The notes below the pieces were generated by a model, which did not search any database, had not been told where the DNA came from, and was given only the letters and a program-made list of their open reading frames with translations. This document shows positions 10,801-20,900 of a DNA stretch of 64,000 bases, in pieces; positions within the stretch are counted from its first letter, which is position 1, and each line of letters begins with the position of its first letter. A program made the translations under genes and the position numbers. Source of the DNA: an uncultured bacterium (GTDB taxonomy: Bacteria > Zixibacteria > MSB-5A5 > GN15 > FEB-12); NCBI GenBank assembly GCA_965372795.1, contig CBDVDR010000001.1:32001-96000 (forward strand), read 5' to 3'.

Positions 10801-11370
10801 GGTATGCTGAATCCAGTATTGGATGCGATAACGAGCCCCTGCTGCTAAACGATTATGAGCCGCAAAAATATGACGGTTATCAGATGTAACCGCATTAGTT
10901 GGATAACCAGCATAATTTCCACTAGGTTGCCATTGAGAATAAAATCCTACCATAGTTCCACTTTCACCATCCCAGCCATTAGATTCAATTTCTCGATCTT
11001 CGAGAATCGCACTGGGAAGCATCATCCAGACAAAGTGCAGTGTCCAGGGGCAGGATACACTTGAGCCTAAAGTTATCTGGCGATGCATCGAACTATTGTG
11101 TTGATAGTCATAATATGTAAACCCCATCTTCTTACCAAAACCGACCCCGGATTTTGTTGGGTCAAGCGAGGTTCTTGTTCTTGGATTACCTGTTATAAAT
11201 CCCAGATTTTCATCAGGAAGAGCATATTCTACGATACGGCTGGCAAGTAGTGATTTTACCCGATTCTGTGCCTCTTTTTTATACTTGGCTGCGCCAATAT
11301 TCTGCGAAAAAAGGGCGGTAATAAAGAGGGCGAGGATTAAAATCGAAATAACTTTATTTGAAACCATCAT
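7861..11370 (-). CDS. Large secreted Cys-rich protein with C-terminal dockerin-like module (paralog 3, 1169 aa)
   Basis: Signal peptide; colinear with paralogs 1 and 2; GDANGDGDVGIGDLTFFVDYLF...DNVADCELNISDLTFFVDYLF. Confidence 0.85.
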   Translation of the reverse strand: MMVSNKVISILILALFITALFSQNIGAAKYKKEAQNRVKSLLASRIVEYALPDENLGFITGNPRTRTSLDPTKSGVGFGKKMGFTYYDYQHNSSMHRQITLGSSVSCPWTLHFVWMMLPSAILEDREIESNGWDGESGTMVGFYSQWQPSGNYAGYPTNAVTSDNRHIFAAHNRLAAGARYRIQYWIQHTCNTSFYSVSDRIPDTLNDCGNTHIDVPDNAVVIWPDIAYQNPPDGAEIIHLIGSAFGGGNGPSNLSYFQKVDPEDGSNGSWTYGCAIDTIFNGEGYDLCASPNGLVAITWVGLLPDEPGCDTCSQSTSTGSTGRDRWDNDLFVQLNRNFGRGNLGELYNPTPGGNYWENRINVTKNVAGENGYRPFADISTLITTDEKFHTAFVAMKWDEAAIGGYASRIFHWSEDLGFLASGQGNIRTVTSAEWEPENCTPQKYNENVAKLSISECGGRLYVMWVELNSPNTTGNDNHDDCGQRAFDGDPDGAANGDLFLSVSDDLVGLSWDNPRGITNSYGGPSAYLDGKACDPEGNGPCPAEHWPTMNEHGSDYRVALPEVSNICTTYAMTTGAVHDNNYYLDIAYIDDQIPGGAIMSEGDWTNNDYLWMRIPCVQAVIDPGFALSLTQFSYPNCVKHGEAEVLEVTIENSGTANLHYTTTIVEDQPASTGWLTISEDFDGLVEFGQNNKEEGTITLNENLAINSPGTVVRVTGRVVFDHDAPNGSNNFEVELVVADTCVQPSWDTIRTACIELIVGSNGNAGKAGSPGGCNMAYDTLVDGEWNPLFDTYLYDNGTIIGYGTSENYNMNWGMFQTMIADSAALLPQNIPGKEPSHSTIAWADIYYTGVYTTHDSSIAIEATWYAPMDPSFSCGFVIKHTKVYSFDGLPHDNIIIGDIIDWDVPSDSGRDNSHGFGYDAMFSGEEIPDFVYQGGLEYSDTLPLPDEEWPSDERYAAMMYLGGFEYSTHPYTYIGIADRYFRDPFNKYTLSSNSMIDQLKSDINLDTLLNIHRTPGTILSDSSATDMLSGMTYVSGLDLGGTDTLHFFIAMMTTMNATFPSGITNTGSAMNLINIANDARAFFDSYLGGGCSGCLDTPGDANGDGDVGIGDLTFFVDYLFIPGSPGPECFEEFDNVADCELNISDLTFFVDYLFVPGSPGPPPCHLCK

Positions 11371-11484
11371 TCTCCCCTGTATATATCTGTGCTCTTAATA
11401 TAAAAAAACCTTGGTTGTCTGCTGGTTTTGTCCTTAAAACTATTTATAAACGACCCTGCTAACGGAGAAGTTTATTGTACTATT

Positions 11485-11513
11485 AACATAGTTATACTTG
11501 ATAATTCTGTCAA
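11485..11513 (-). promoter_or_regulatory. Sigma70-type promoter upstream of the paralog triplet
   Basis: Minus strand TTGACA-N17-TATGTT. Confidence 0.55.
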
Positions 11514-11572
11514 CAATTTAAACTTTAAGAGAAGCAGGATCTGCGTTGGATAATTTATAAAGGCATAAAGAA

Positions 11573-11616
11573 ATGGCAGGTCTTGCTTTCGGGTGTCCAA
11601 AAACGTGACCTGCCAT
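11573..11616 (-). terminator. Inverted repeat, probable terminator of the DUF5916 gene (or REP-like palindrome)
   Basis: Perfect 10-bp arms ATGGCAGGTC...GACCTGCCAT, followed by TTCTTT on the minus strand; the loop is long. Confidence 0.45.
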
Positions 11617-11657
11617 AGGAATAGGTCTCTACAATACTATATTAATGTATAGGGCTT

Positions 11658-14135
11658 CTAAATATTAAGCCAGTAACTGGTTTTAATCAGGAATACATTA
11701 TTTGCACCGGATGAGAACAAACGATCAAAATCCCTTGAGACATTCAAATTGTTCACACTGTCATCAAATTGCGGGCGCGAACGGGTCCATACCATATACA
11801 TCGTGCTTCCCGGTAAATATTCCCAGCGAAGCAACAGCGTTGAGTTCAGAGCCGAGTAATTGTAATCCGAATTATATCCGCTTACCTGGGATGAATACTG
11901 GTTTCCACCCTGATAGAAACGGTAGTTTTGATAATCCAATCCGGCTATATAACCTTCAGCTGATAACTGAATTGAAAGCTTGCTATTAACTACTACCGAC
12001 ATCGAGGCATTCAACGAAATTTGGTTCTTATTCAAATCAGCAAAGAGCGAAGAATCATCTTCATTGGTTACCCATCGAGTAGCATCATAGTTGCGGGTGA
12101 AATTGATACCGGTTGAAAATTCAAGATTGCTTCTCGGGCGAATTTCAACCCCCATATAATTTGCCCACCAGTGACCGCCTCGATCACCGCCACTGCCGGG
12201 ATTTAAAACAAATGATATTGGTTTTCTTGAATCGGTGTTCAAGCTGAACCACCAGCTATAAGTCGGATGAACCGGCCATTCCCAGAGTCCATTCCCTCGG
12301 GTTTCACGATCGCTATATTTTTCAGCTTGAATTGATGATCCCCCACCGAGAGTCCAGTTGTTTGTAAATACTATATGAGTATTAAAATTACTACCTAAAC
12401 TATAGGTAATTCCATCGTAATTTGAAGAAGTATAGAAATTGAAATTATTATAACTGTCCTGAATAATCCACCAGGTATCATTGGTGCGATACTGTGTCCA
12501 CAACCAGATATTTTTTGAATCCGTCCGGGAAGTAAAACCTAAGCGATTGAGGTTCAGATCGGGATGTTTTATAGTCATCCCCAGAGCCCCTCGGATATGC
12601 TTTCCTCCGATCTTCTCAAATGTTAAATCAACGCCATATCCGGAAACACTTCCTTCAGTACGACTTCCAACAACCTGACCAACCATCATCCATTTATTGT
12701 CATTGGTGCTCAATCTCCAGTCGATACCACCGGTCAGATTTGGCTGCATGCCATCCTGTCCGGCGAAAGTAAACATCCCGCCAAAACTTGAATTTTTTAG
12801 AATATCCTGCTTAACTCTCAAAATTGTATAATTGGCAATCGGCTCTGCCACAAACGAGTTAATAATTGTGTCTGCCGAAGTTGTATTTATCTGAAGTTCT
12901 CCGTTGTTATAGGTCGAATCCAAAACAACATTTCGTAATGCAGCATACTCTGCTTTTTCCTCTTCGGTTACCGCACTTAGTAAAGCAATCGAGGTCCCGC
13001 CTGAAAGTTTTCCGGTTAATTTCAAAGCACCTAATATAGTTGTCGATTTTGGATAATCACTATAGTAGGCGAAATCATCATCATCGGCACTTCCATTTGG
13101 ATTCCTCCCTATCCTACGTGAGTAAAAGAGAGTAAAAGGCGTTTGAAATAGATCGGACCCTTCGAGAAAGAACGGTCTCCTTTCAGGGAAATAGGTTTCG
13201 AATGATGATAGATTCAAAACCGGATCATCAAGTTCGACCTGACCAAAATCAGGATTAACGGTAGCATCCAGAACTAAATTTGATGACAATGAATACTTGG
13301 CATCGAATCCCATATTTTTATAAATATCTTTCCCGTCAAAATTGCCCGGTTCTTTGGGAGCGGTTTCAAAACTTGACACCATATAGGGGAGAATTTCTAT
13401 ATTTTTTTCAGGGCTAATATCTTTGATACCGGATAGATGACCGAAGTTGGAAACATGTCCACCCTTTTCGCTCGGCGTAAATGCCCATTTTACTACTTCA
13501 TTTTTTCGATTTATATAGCGGACAAAATCAACTCCCCAGGTATGTTCATCCTTTTCAGCAAAGCGTAAAACCGTTAAAGGGATTTTCATCTCAGCCGTCC
13601 ACCCCCACGGTTGCCGTTGAACCTCTGATTCCCAGACAGCATCCCACGACATATCAGCATTACCGTCATCAAAATAACGACAATCTTTTTGAACATTCAC
13701 TGAACTGACTTCAAACGCATTGCCGGTTTGATGGTCATGGAAGGGATCGACCCTAAAGGTTACTCTGTCGCTTTGCGATGTTCTATCCCGCCGGACCAGT
13801 TGTCCGTCGATTTTTGATGGTTCTGAATCATAACACCAAAAAGCTACGTACATATTATTATCATCATAAGCAACAGCGACCAAGGTTGATTCAGAAGCTT
13901 GCTCGCCTTCATCCGGTTCAATCTGTCTAAATGAATTAACTTTATGAATCTTCTTTGAGCTCCAAATAGCATCGTCAAGCCTGCCATCAATTTTAGGGGC
14001 ATGGGGATTTATTCGATAGGCTCTTATTTCGGGGACGTTTTCTTCAGTAACCGTAGCTTCCTGCGCCATGACAGTGAGTGTTTGCGCGAAAAACATAGTT
14101 AATAATATGACTGTGAGAATTAAAGACCGATTCAC
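11658..14135 (-). CDS. CBM9-like sugar-binding / DUF5916 family outer-membrane protein
   Basis: GTG start at 14135 with AGGAGG RBS; signal peptide; PKIDGRLDDAIW, WTAEMKIP, TVNPDFGQVE, FPERRPFFLEG, LFYSRRIG motifs typical of DUF5916 proteins. Confidence 0.8.
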   Translation of the reverse strand: MNRSLILTVILLTMFFAQTLTVMAQEATVTEENVPEIRAYRINPHAPKIDGRLDDAIWSSKKIHKVNSFRQIEPDEGEQASESTLVAVAYDDNNMYVAFWCYDSEPSKIDGQLVRRDRTSQSDRVTFRVDPFHDHQTGNAFEVSSVNVQKDCRYFDDGNADMSWDAVWESEVQRQPWGWTAEMKIPLTVLRFAEKDEHTWGVDFVRYINRKNEVVKWAFTPSEKGGHVSNFGHLSGIKDISPEKNIEILPYMVSSFETAPKEPGNFDGKDIYKNMGFDAKYSLSSNLVLDATVNPDFGQVELDDPVLNLSSFETYFPERRPFFLEGSDLFQTPFTLFYSRRIGRNPNGSADDDDFAYYSDYPKSTTILGALKLTGKLSGGTSIALLSAVTEEEKAEYAALRNVVLDSTYNNGELQINTTSADTIINSFVAEPIANYTILRVKQDILKNSSFGGMFTFAGQDGMQPNLTGGIDWRLSTNDNKWMMVGQVVGSRTEGSVSGYGVDLTFEKIGGKHIRGALGMTIKHPDLNLNRLGFTSRTDSKNIWLWTQYRTNDTWWIIQDSYNNFNFYTSSNYDGITYSLGSNFNTHIVFTNNWTLGGGSSIQAEKYSDRETRGNGLWEWPVHPTYSWWFSLNTDSRKPISFVLNPGSGGDRGGHWWANYMGVEIRPRSNLEFSTGINFTRNYDATRWVTNEDDSSLFADLNKNQISLNASMSVVVNSKLSIQLSAEGYIAGLDYQNYRFYQGGNQYSSQVSGYNSDYNYSALNSTLLLRWEYLPGSTMYMVWTRSRPQFDDSVNNLNVSRDFDRLFSSGANNVFLIKTSYWLNI

Positions 14136-14436
14136 ATTGTACCTCCTAAATTGCACAATTTGTTCCAGCTTTCAAACACTCACTATCCCATTCGTTAATT
14201 ATCTATACGTGTACCTTTTTAGAAAAGTTCCATTTTTCCGTAAATAATTTCTCGTAACTACATCTATAGACATTAGTTATGAACTTAAGGCGGGTCGAGA
14301 GCATAACTCCATTACTATCAGTTAAAATCAAGTCTACTCTTATTTTATTAGTTTTTCATCAATATATTTTGTTTTCCTATATAATTTTAATCGGTATATA
14401 GTGTGAACCAGATCTAATTTTATAGGAGGATACAAA

Positions 14437-14850
14437 TTGATAATAGACCATATCGGTATAGTAGTAAAAAATATCCCCGATGCGATAGAGCATTGGAAAA
14501 CTATTTTTGGGTACGAACAGATGACTGAAATTGTTGAGAACACACGACAAAAGGTAAAAGTGGTCTTTTTAAAAAAAGAAAATTCTCAAACGATTAAGCT
14601 TATTGAACCATCGGATGAAACCTCCCCTATTTTTGCCCTGGCAAAGCGAGGCGGCGGATTGCATCATCTTTGTTTTAAATGTGATAGTCTTGAAAAGCAA
14701 CTGGATGAATTCACAGAAAAGGGACTTCGGATTCTCACGCAACCGCAACCCGGAGAAGCTTTTGATAATGAAAACATCGCTTTTGTTTTTGCCAAAAATG
14801 GACTCAATGTTGAATTGATTGATACCGACAAAAAAGCTGCCCTACTTTAA
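14437..14850 (+). CDS. VOC family protein (methylmalonyl-CoA epimerase-like)
   Basis: IDHIGIVV, GGGLHHLCF, NVELID metal-binding motifs; TTG start with AGGAGG RBS. Confidence 0.8.
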   Translation: MIIDHIGIVVKNIPDAIEHWKTIFGYEQMTEIVENTRQKVKVVFLKKENSQTIKLIEPSDETSPIFALAKRGGGLHHLCFKCDSLEKQLDEFTEKGLRILTQPQPGEAFDNENIAFVFAKNGLNVELIDTDKKAALL

Positions 14851-14866
14851 GTTCAAAAAAAACATG

Positions 14867-14900
14867 AAAAAGAGCAGTCATCTTTCGATGACTACTCTCT
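14867..14900 (-). terminator. Terminator between convergent genes (possibly bidirectional)
   Basis: Minus strand AGAGTAGTCATC-GAAA-GATGACTGCTCT-TTTT. Confidence 0.75.
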
Positions 14901-14931
14901 TACCTAGTATCTAATATTACTTAGATACTTA

Positions 14932-17900
14932 CTATTCAAAGCGAATAGTATTTGAACGATGGGTCACTGTTTTACCACGGCTCTCCATCTCAATTATAGC
15001 TTCACCGCTTCCTGAAGGATTGGTGTCAGGTGATGCTTTGAAGCGGTACCTGACTTCGATCTTCTGTTCGCGGTCAATTTTATCAATCTCGATCAACAGA
15101 TGTCCATCGCTGCCGATAGCAGCTCTTGCTGCTTCACCGTCAACGGTAGCACTCTCTAAAACATATTCACCATTGATTGGAAGAATATCTTCTAAGACAA
15201 CATTCTCAGCCGAATAATAGCCAACGTTTTCTATCACTATCAGAACTTCCCAGGTATTAGGACCAATTTGAGCTGCACCATCTGTATCAGGTACCAGCAC
15301 CGTATCCCAATTGATTGGTTCGAGTTCTAAAATTGTAGTAGCTTCCCAGTTATTAACTGGAATCTGGCTATAGTCAACCTGTGAACGATTTCTACCAGTA
15401 ATAAAGACTTCCACTCGACGATTTTGCTGCCAGTGCACTTCGGAGTGACCCGTATCAACCGGGATCGTTGCTGCAAAGCCTTCGTATGACATCAAGGAAG
15501 TGTCAATGTTGTGGTTCTCGTTCAACCAGGTTAATACTGACAATGCCCGAGCTTCCGAGAGTTCCCAGTTTGATGGGAATCTGACAGTATTAATCCGGCG
15601 GTAATCACAGTGACCTTCGGTTCTAATCGTTACATCAGAATATTTTAGAATCGAATCTGCAATTGCCTCAAGTATCGGTAAAGCTTCCGGTCTTAAGAAA
15701 GCCTTAGATGTTTCAAAATAGGCACCGATAATATTCATTTTGATTTGGGTATCAGGAGCAGTCCGTAATGGTCCAACCGCAACAGTTACAGTTGTAGATT
15801 GCCGGGTATATTCCTTTGCCGTTGTATCAGGACTACCTTCAATATAAATAGTGTTTTCAAGGAATTTACGTGAACCCGGATCAAGATCCTCAATGGAATA
15901 TTTCATTGATTTCCTGAAGCCATCAGCACCAACTGTAAATTCATTATACAACTGTTTACCATCAGAACTAACAATCAGCTCGGTACCATCAACCATAGAT
16001 AGTTGGGTTTCATCCGGAAGTGAATCGACAATTTTCAAGCGTACAGCTTCCGCTCCGCCGTTATAGTCAATTGAGATTTCATAATCAACTACGACTCCGG
16101 TACTGTCATAGGTTTGAGTGGTATCTATCGAAGCTGATTTTGTAATCATCGCTGTCGGTACCTGAGCAGCTAGTTTATTAAGTTTTAATATAGGCTGTGC
16201 CGGGCAGACTTTAAAAATCAGATACGATTCACCGGTCTCATGGACAAAAACAAAGACAGATGCAATCTGACCATCCGCCAAATCGTACAGTCTATCTGAG
16301 AGATCACGAGTATCGATCATGACTGCTCTTTGACCGGGACGAACAGTACTGAAATAGAACATCCCTTTATTGTTCACTTGTGAGCGTGAACCATCATCAA
16401 GGAAGAGGTCAACCCCTGAAAGGGTTGTGTCAAATTCTATCTCACCGTCACCGCAATCGACAATCACCCGACCGCGAATTGAACCTGATAGAGTTGATGG
16501 AATTACATTAACACGACAAGTCGCCCTTGATGGTACAAAATCATCGGCATGCGCCCAGGCAATGTTTTCATTGATCCCGCCTAATATACGGGTACTAAGC
16601 TGCACGGTGTAACGCAGGGTTACTTTATCACCCGGATCAAGGTCACCCATTTGCCAGGTCAATGGATTAATTCCGGCTGGGTCAGGCGCAATAGCCTGAT
16701 CAATGATTGTTGTACTATCAATATATGCAAACCCATACGGTAGAGTATCTAAGATAAAACTGTTCAATGCCGTAGTCGTTGAAACATTTTCAACAATGAT
16801 GGTAAAATCAATTATATCACCCGGGAAGCCACTGTTAACATTGGATCGTTTGGTAATAATCAGCGGTGGCACCTCAACTCCCACCCTTGCCATGACAGGT
16901 CCCCATGAATGACTTGCCCCATCACCATTATTATCATAGAGAGTTGCATAGTTATCAAATGGTAATGAATAATCCAAGCCTGTAGGTATCTCTGATAAAT
17001 AAGTAATAACAACCGTATCAGGGAAACCGATATCTCCTATCACAATTCTAATCGGATCAGTACCTACTGAGATAGCCGGTATACCGTCAACCATTGCCGA
17101 ACCCTGAACAAAGTTGAAATCATCAGGATGATCATCCTCAATGATAGCATCTGTTAATCCATAGTTTCCGGTATTGGTTACCTGAATCGTATAAGTAATC
17201 GTATCCCCGGCATTGGCAATAGTTGGATACGCACTCTTTTCAATAGTAATCGTTGGAGCAATGACCTCGGTTGTAACTACAGATTCTGTATACTGATCAG
17301 CCGGGTTTGTAATTATTGCTTTGTTTGTTACAATGTATCCATTTGGAGCTGATTGATCAATTACTACTTTGAATTCCATCTTAACCGAATCAAGCGCATT
17401 AATTGTGTCAACACTCCAGATAATCATATTATCAAGGGCATCAAACAGAATTGTTGAAGTCGTTTGAGCCAAACCATCATAAGATGTTTTAGGTCTCTGT
17501 GATGCTCTTGAGACAGCAGAGGAAGCGACATAAGCAGTAAGTTCAGGAATAGTGTCTTGAACAATAACATTGGCTATCGGAGCATTCTCGGTATTACGAA
17601 TTGTTATCGTATAAAGCAATGTATCTTCAGGCGGAGCCTGTACTTTATCAACAGTGGTAAATAACCTGAGCATACCCGGTGCAAATGTTCGTTCAACAAC
17701 TATTTCTGTTGTTTTTGTATCAATACCACAAGCATTCTTAGCTGTCAATACGACCGTAAAATGTCCCGAATCAACATAAATATGAGTCGGGTTGGGACTG
17801 GTTGAAGTATTTCCATCACCAAAATCCCAACTCCAGGATGTTGACCCGGTTGAGATATTAGTGAAATTTGCTGTGACAGGAGCTTGACGATTACTTGGGT

Positions 17901-20900
17901 TAGTTATATAAGTAAAGTCTGCTATCGGCGGTGCTAAAATAATGAAAGTATATAGTTTACTTTCTGTATCAGTTCCATCAGGACCGGTTATCGTCAAGGA
18001 AATCATATAATCTCCTGAAACCGTATAATCATGATTTGGATTCTGATCTGTTGAACTCGTTCCGTCACCAAAATCCCATAACCAGCTTGTTATATCACCG
18101 GTTGATAAATCACTAAAGTAAACGATTAAAGGACTACAACCGGATAATGGTTCAGCAGTAAAGTCGGCGTTTAAGTTCGGGTCTTTCACAGTAATGATTT
18201 CAGTGGATTTTTTACTGCCACATTCATTGGAACTTGTCAGAGTAACAGTATAAATTCCAATAACTGTAAAAGTATGGGTCGGATTTTGATCGGTTGATGC
18301 TGGAGAGCCATCATCAAAATCCCATGACCAGGAAGTCGCAGCGATTGAATTATCAGTAAATTGAACTGTTAATGGCACATCACCATGAGTCGGCAGTGCT
18401 GTAAAAGCAGAGGTTGGAGAAGAAAATACGTTAATATGATTTACTTTTGTCTCGGTATCAGTTCCATCAGCAAAAGTCGCTGTAAGTGAAACTGTATAAA
18501 TCCCAGGTAATAAGTAAGTGTTATCCGGATACTGTAAAGTTGAAGTATTTCCATCTCCAAAATTCCATGCCCAGCTAATTACTTCACAGTTTGAGAAACC
18601 GTTAAAGTAAACTGTTAATGGACCACAGCCCGAAGGGACTTCTGAACCAAAGTCAACTTGACAACTTGGATCTGTCACAATTATCTCTTTGGTTGACTTC
18701 CTGCTGCCGCACTCATTGGTACTCGTCAGTGTAACCGTAAAGGTTCCAAAAGTCGCAAATGTGTAAGTAGGATGTTGATCAGTTGAAACAGGTGTCCCAT
18801 CATCAAAATCCCATTCCCAAGATGTTGCTCCTAAAGATAAATCGGTAAAATCAACTGTTAATGGTGCCTCACCCTGTGTTGGTGTCGCTGTAAATGCTGA
18901 GGTCGGTGCATCTTTAACTTTAATGAAATCAATCTTTGTTTTCGTATCGGTTCCACCATCAAATGTAATAGTCAGTGAAACTTTGTAGAAACCAGGATTG
19001 ATATAAGTATGATCTGGATTTTGAAGAGTGGAGCTGCTTCCATCACCAAAATTCCATAACCAGTTGTTTACTTCACAATCAGACTGATCATAGAAGTAAA
19101 CTGTTAACGGACTACAGCCATAAGGAACTTCTGAATCAAAATCAGCTTGACAGGTTGATTCAGTAACTGTAATAACGTCACTTGACTGGTCATCACCACA
19201 TTCATTAAAGGTGCTTAGGATTACAGTATACTGACCTGTGGCAGGATAAATATATTGGGGATGTAATTCTGTTGAGGTTGTCCCGTCACCAAAATTCCAT
19301 TCCCAGGTTGTGGCATTAGTCGATTGATTTGTAAAATCAACCGTTAATGGTGCGTTGCCTTGAGTAGGAGTCGCAGTAAAAGCTGAAACAGAAGATGGCA
19401 GTACAGTTATATACTCAATCTTAGTCTCAGTATCATCACCACAATCATTCCTGACGGTTAAAGAAACTGTATAATCGCCAGCTCTTGAATACTGATGAGA
19501 TGGGTTTTCCTGAGAAGATGTAGCACCGTCACCAAAATTCCAAGACCAGCTGTTTACATCGTGAGAGCTCAAATCAATAAAATGTACATCTTCTTCAACA
19601 CAGACGGTTGTTACCTGAGCAGTAAAATTCGCTGTTGGCAGTTTCTTTATTAAAATATATTGTACTTTTGTTTCGGTATCATAACCACAGTCGTTTGACA
19701 CTTTTAAACTTACAGTATAAAAACCGGCTGTGGAATATGTATGAGATGGGTTTTGATCTGTCGATGTATTGCCATCTCCAAAATTCCATTCCCATTCATC
19801 AGCCAGATATGACCTGTCATCAAAATTAATTGGCTTGCCAACACATCCTTCTAATGGGTCAGCTCTGAAATCTGCATGAGGTGGTTGGTCAACAGTAATA
19901 GGGATAGATTTTGTAATATCATCTTCCCCACAGATCCCTTTTACTGTTAATTTAACATTGTAAGTTCGTGCAATATTGAAGAAATGTTCAGGATTTGGAT
20001 CAGTGGATATATAACCATCATCAAAATCCCATAACCAGGAAATGGCATCTGTAGACTGATCAGTAAATTGTACCCTGCCACCTGAACAGAATTGAGTCAA
20101 TTCATAAGTGTAATCTGCAACAGGATCAGGAATTATAATAATCTTGAGGGTTATAGTTTTATCATCTTGACCGCAATCGTTTTTAACAGTCAATTTAGCG
20201 TCATAAGTTCCACTGGCGGCATATGTATGAACTGGCTCTTTTTGAGTTGATGTATTACCATCACCAAAATCCCAGTCCCAGGATGTTGCATAAGTTGATA
20301 AATCTACAAAATGAATTTCATTGGCAGTACACTCATGATAAGATTCAGGTCTGAAATCAGCTACCGGACCTGTACTTACAGTGATATATGCTTCTTTAAG
20401 CTCTTTGTCAATTTTACCGCAACTATCCATTATTTCTAATTCGACATTGTATACACCAGTAGCAGCATAAGCATGAGTCGGATTTTGATCGGTTGATGTA
20501 TTACCATCTCCAAAATCCCAATACCAGGAAACTGCACCTGTAGATTGATCTGTAAAAGTCACAGTTTCATCTATACAAGCATTCGTTTTATTAACTGTAA
20601 AATCTGCAATTCCTTCCGGAGATGAATCAATGACAACACTTTTGGTTTCAACATCACTGTTACATAAGTTACTTGCCGTCAATGTAACTGTATAAGTGCC
20701 GGGTTGATTGTATTTATGTGAGGGATGTTGATCTGATGAATAATTTCCATCGCCAAAATCCCATTGCCAGGCATCAGCATCAGTAGAATGATCAGTAAAC
20801 TCTACATGCCCGGTAAAACAATCAGAAACCGCATCAAATGTAAACTTTGCATCAGGATTAGGATAAATTGAGATATAAAGGACTTTTATCTCGTCATCTT

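Noticed and set aside
782..11370. Diversity-generating retroelement acting on the paralog C-termini
   Set aside because: No reverse transcriptase or non-coding template repeat in the window; differences span whole genes and are not adenine-specific.
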